Shown: in pieces, positions 61,327 through 64,000 of the stretch
Numbering within the stretch: the first letter of the stretch is position 1
How the letters are laid out: each line of letters opens with the position of its first letter
Virus record (IMG/VR): IMGVR_UViG_3300020045_009164
Span: 1 to 64,000 of that record
DNA: 64,000 bases
Reading direction: 5' to 3' (one strand)
From: a virus
Taxonomy: Duplodnaviria; Caudoviricetes
Position numbers and translations under genes: made by a program
Notes under the pieces: generated by a model
What the model saw: the letters and a program-made list of their open reading frames with translations, nothing else
What the model was told of the DNA's origin: nothing
The model's database searches: none

Positions 61327-62162
61327 AATATTTTCCTCCCCTGAACAGTCCAGAAGGTTCCGTTATCCTCAAAAGACTCTATCCGGTATTTCCCTATGGT
61401 ATCGCCAACCTTGACTGTGGTCACAACTGATTTTAGAAAGGAGATGGATCTATCGCCAGCCTCCAGCTTCACATATCCCAAGGCTTCGTGTTGGAAGTCA
61501 AAGACCACGTATTCTACGAAGCAAGCCACTCCAGTAACAGCAGCAGGAGGAGTATGAGTATCAGTAGCTGGGTCATATGTTGTACCAAGGGCCTGGAAGG
61601 TGTAGGACTGGATGGGACTCTGTAGTTCCACAGCCTCAACAGCCCCAAAGCCTATGTCGTCAATCCTGGAATCCTCTCTTGCTCTGTAATACTTACTCCC
61701 GCCATAGATTATGCTGCCTTGGGCAATTGTGTAGTAAGAGCTGAAGGTGATCTCGTAGCCACCAAGGTAATCCGACTGTTCCTCCAGTACGTTTCTACGA
61801 ACATAGGAAGGCACCATGTAAGCGTCTGTGGTGCCACCAGTATTTGAAAGCACCTGACCGATGTCTCTGATAGTGTACTGAGTTTCTACCGGCAGGATGG
61901 CGTATTTGGCCCTGATCTCATCACCCTGGAAGAAGTCTGAGGACTTGTGAGAGACAACAAACTTCATTCCACTACTGGTGACTGTCCTTTTGGTGGGGAT
62001 AGTCACAGCAGGGGAAACATCTAGGATTCTTCTGGTTGCAGAAGAAGCTGATCTGGTGCTGTCTGCAAAAGGTAGGATCTGACCATAGAAGAAAGCAGTC
62101 CCGTAGGAGTCAGTGAATAACTGCTCATTGAAATAACTCGCTGCTTCTTTGAGGGTCATCAT
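61323..62162 (-). CDS. head closure or head-tail joining protein
   Basis: Synteny. Confidence 0.55.
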   Translation of the reverse strand: MMTLKEAASYFNEQLFTDSYGTAFFYGQILPFADSTRSASSATRRILDVSPAVTIPTKRTVTSSGMKFVVSHKSSDFFQGDEIRAKYAILPVETQYTIRDIGQVLSNTGGTTDAYMVPSYVRRNVLEEQSDYLGGYEITFSSYYTIAQGSIIYGGSKYYRAREDSRIDDIGFGAVEAVELQSPIQSYTFQALGTTYDPATDTHTPPAAVTGVACFVEYVVFDFQHEALGYVKLEAGDRSISFLKSVVTTVKVGDTIGKYRIESFEDNGTFWTVQGRKIL

Positions 62163-62656
62163 ACGCCTGTCACCGGATCAACAGCAGGTTTCACAGTTGT
62201 CATAAACGGCATTGCTGTGATAGCTGAGGCATTGATGTTCTCTATGCGATATCTAACCTCGTCCAGCTTCTTGGTGATTGCCTCTATGACATCTTGAAAA
62301 GTTGCCTCTGGTGAGAATCTGACGAGAGATGCCTTGCCATCTGCAATGGACTTTGGAGCTTTCATTGACAAACTCGTGGCCACTTCCATGGAAACTGTGT
62401 AAGTAGCGAACATCCTTGTCAGATTGTAGAGTTTCTGTTGTAAAGCAGTTCTCTCTGTCATAGCTTTTATGGCTATGTATCTGGTGTCAAGAGGTCCAGG
62501 CCCAGGTTCTTCTGTGGGTATTGTGATCTCAGCCAGAGCAAGCCCAAGGACGTTGTCGTATATCTCCAGAGCGAGTTCCGTATCCGGGAGTTCCTTTTCA
62601 GAGACACCCAATGTAGTGCGCACCTCTGCATAGCTAGTATATGTAGTTATTGCCAT
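62159..62656 (-). CDS. head-tail adaptor
   Basis: YTSYAEVRTTLGVS N-terminus; synteny. Confidence 0.65.
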   Translation of the reverse strand: MAITTYTSYAEVRTTLGVSEKELPDTELALEIYDNVLGLALAEITIPTEEPGPGPLDTRYIAIKAMTERTALQQKLYNLTRMFATYTVSMEVATSLSMKAPKSIADGKASLVRFSPEATFQDVIEAITKKLDEVRYRIENINASAITAMPFMTTVKPAVDPVTGV

Positions 62657-62934
62657 AGCTTAACCAGACCTACATTCATTTGAGACTCAAGCCAGCCATC
62701 CATGTAGAGTTCAACCGGAGTGGTGGTGTCTACGTGCCTGTATTGGAAGGGATGGTACAGGTTGAACTTGGTAGCTATGTAGAGGAGCTTATCAGGATTA
62801 ATACTTTCTTGTGGGGTTGGTTCTGCTAAAATTTCTGGCTCTTGTGGCATGATTAGTTCTTCCGCGCCAAATGCTTCAGAAATTTCTAATTCTACAGGAG
62901 TCTTGAGTTCTACCTTCTTCTTGGGCCTTGCCAT
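62647..62934 (-). CDS. hypothetical virion-region protein
   Basis: AAGGAG RBS. Confidence 0.7.
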   Translation of the reverse strand: MARPKKKVELKTPVELEISEAFGAEELIMPQEPEILAEPTPQESINPDKLLYIATKFNLYHPFQYRHVDTTTPVELYMDGWLESQMNVGLVKLWQ

Positions 62935-63061
62935 TATGAGTCTCCTTTTATATTAAAGTGTTGTTGTGATTGTAATGTTTTTTGCTTAGGACCGCAATAT
63001 ATTACTTGTAATATGGTATTAGTCGGGGTAAGGTAGTGTAAATACCTAAAGGAGGAATAGT

Positions 63062-63229
63062 ATGCCTAGAAAGAAAACTGATATGCGCCGTAGGACAATG
63101 TTTATCTCAGATGCTATCTGGGAGAGGGTTGAGAAGTTGGCTGTGGTCAAAGGTTCTGGTGTTTCGGATCTTGTTCGTAGAGCTATTGTGGAGTTATTGG
63201 AGAAATTAGAGGTAAAGGAGAGCAGATGA
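63062..63229 (+). CDS. ribbon-helix-helix DNA-binding protein, 55 aa
   Basis: MPRKKTDMRRRTMFISDAIWERVEKLAVVKGSGVSDLVRRAIVELL...; AGGAGG RBS; ATGA overlap with the nuclease. Confidence 0.85.
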   Translation: MPRKKTDMRRRTMFISDAIWERVEKLAVVKGSGVSDLVRRAIVELLEKLEVKESR

Positions 63230-63780
63230 AAATATATGAAGGGTACTTAACAGAAGAGAAACTAGGTGATTTTCTTCAGCTAGTGTTTCCAGAAGGAGAA
63301 TGGATTTATAACAAAGTCATTCCAGGTTCTGGAAGCAAACTGCGACCAGATTACAGAAACGATTATTATATGTTAGTTGTAGAATATGATGGTCCAGGAC
63401 ATTATACAAATGTCAACACTACGCACAGAGATCTAGAAATATACGATGTGTGCTGCAAAAATGGTTACACATTCATATCCATACCATATTTCCTACAAAT
63501 AGATGATTGTCTGTTCAGCGCAGTATTCAAGCCAGCTGGAGCTATATGTCCAGACGGAGTAGAAATGAGTAACTACCCGCAGGGCTTTATACTAGATACC
63601 TGTGTTTTCCCCGCTAGCTACTGTCAGAATGGGTTATTACGATTTTCCCTAGAGATGGACAGGGAGTTTTGGCCATATAAAGATGATATAATGGCCACAC
63701 TTGACCGACACGCTGAGAGGATTGGAGAGACTAGAGTACACTCTCTGATCAGATATGAAAAATTTCTGGAATTACGTTAA
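63226..63780 (+). CDS. PD-(D/E)xK / Vsr-like (DUF559-type) putative homing endonuclease
   Basis: LRPDY...VVEYDGPGHY. Confidence 0.7.
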   Translation: MKIYEGYLTEEKLGDFLQLVFPEGEWIYNKVIPGSGSKLRPDYRNDYYMLVVEYDGPGHYTNVNTTHRDLEIYDVCCKNGYTFISIPYFLQIDDCLFSAVFKPAGAICPDGVEMSNYPQGFILDTCVFPASYCQNGLLRFSLEMDREFWPYKDDIMATLDRHAERIGETRVHSLIRYEKFLELR

Positions 63781-63786
63781 ATAAGA

Positions 63787-63818
63787 AAAGCCCTACCAGA
63801 TTTCTCTGGTGGGGCTTT
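63787..63818. terminator. bidirectional terminator
   Basis: AAAGCCCTACCAGA-tttc-TCTGGTGGGGCTTT. Confidence 0.85.
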
Positions 63819-63838
63819 AAGGAACTGCCAGCTATCTC

Positions 63839-64000
63839 TTAGATAGTCATGCTATAGACATCAAATGCTTCATCATACATACGCCCGACCAATGCTCCTT
63901 TATCAAACCTCAACTGGGTAGTTTTGAGCATGATTAAATTTTCCGAAGCCTCGTAATCAGCACTGGAGCTTGTTACCTTAAACAAAGCATCAGACCTGTC
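63839..64000 (-). CDS. 3' end of a late gene, probably the major capsid protein (partial)
   Basis: Open frame ...YEASENLIMLKTTQLRFDKGALVGRMYDEAFDVYSMTI*; followed by a strong terminator and head-completion genes. Confidence 0.55.
   Translation of the reverse strand, partial: DRSDALFKVTSSSADYEASENLIMLKTTQLRFDKGALVGRMYDEAFDVYSMTI

Overview
A 64 kb slice of a large tailed dsDNA phage genome, probably a long-tailed siphovirus. No integrase, tRNA, rRNA or CRISPR array was recognised. Layout: (1) 1-6.7 kb, regulatory and replication region with a Cro-like HTH, a P4/D5-type primase-helicase, a candidate origin and a stand-alone copy of the primase C-terminal winged-helix domain. (2) 6.8-40.6 kb, plus-strand early/middle genes: many small hypotheticals, M28-like peptidase, RNA ligase, TAXI solute-binding protein, thymidylate synthase, SNF2-like helicase, DEDDh exonuclease, family A DNA polymerase with fused 5'-3' exonuclease, resolvase, SbcCD pair, TnpB, ATP-dependent ligase. 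(3) 40.6-64 kb, minus-strand late genes: intein-containing metallophosphoesterase, GH108 lysis cassette, tail tip, 2372 aa tape measure, frameshifting tail chaperone, tail tube, head-tail joining genes and probably the 3' end of the major capsid gene. The most notable pattern: six free-standing nucleases of three unrelated classes (four HNH, one PD-(D/E)xK/Vsr-like, one RNA-guided TnpB with an intact omega-RNA and no transposase) each sit beside a tiny DNA-binding gene (ribbon-helix-helix, Cro-like HTH or Zn ribbon). Most of these genes are missing from the ORF track. Other unannotated features are twin 32 aa membrane peptides flanking one cassette, a recurrent palindromic operator, several candidate structured RNAs, and a cluster of homopolymer-associated frameshifts or stops at 7.3-15.1 kb that may be assembly errors. 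All product calls come from motif recognition by eye; no database search was run.
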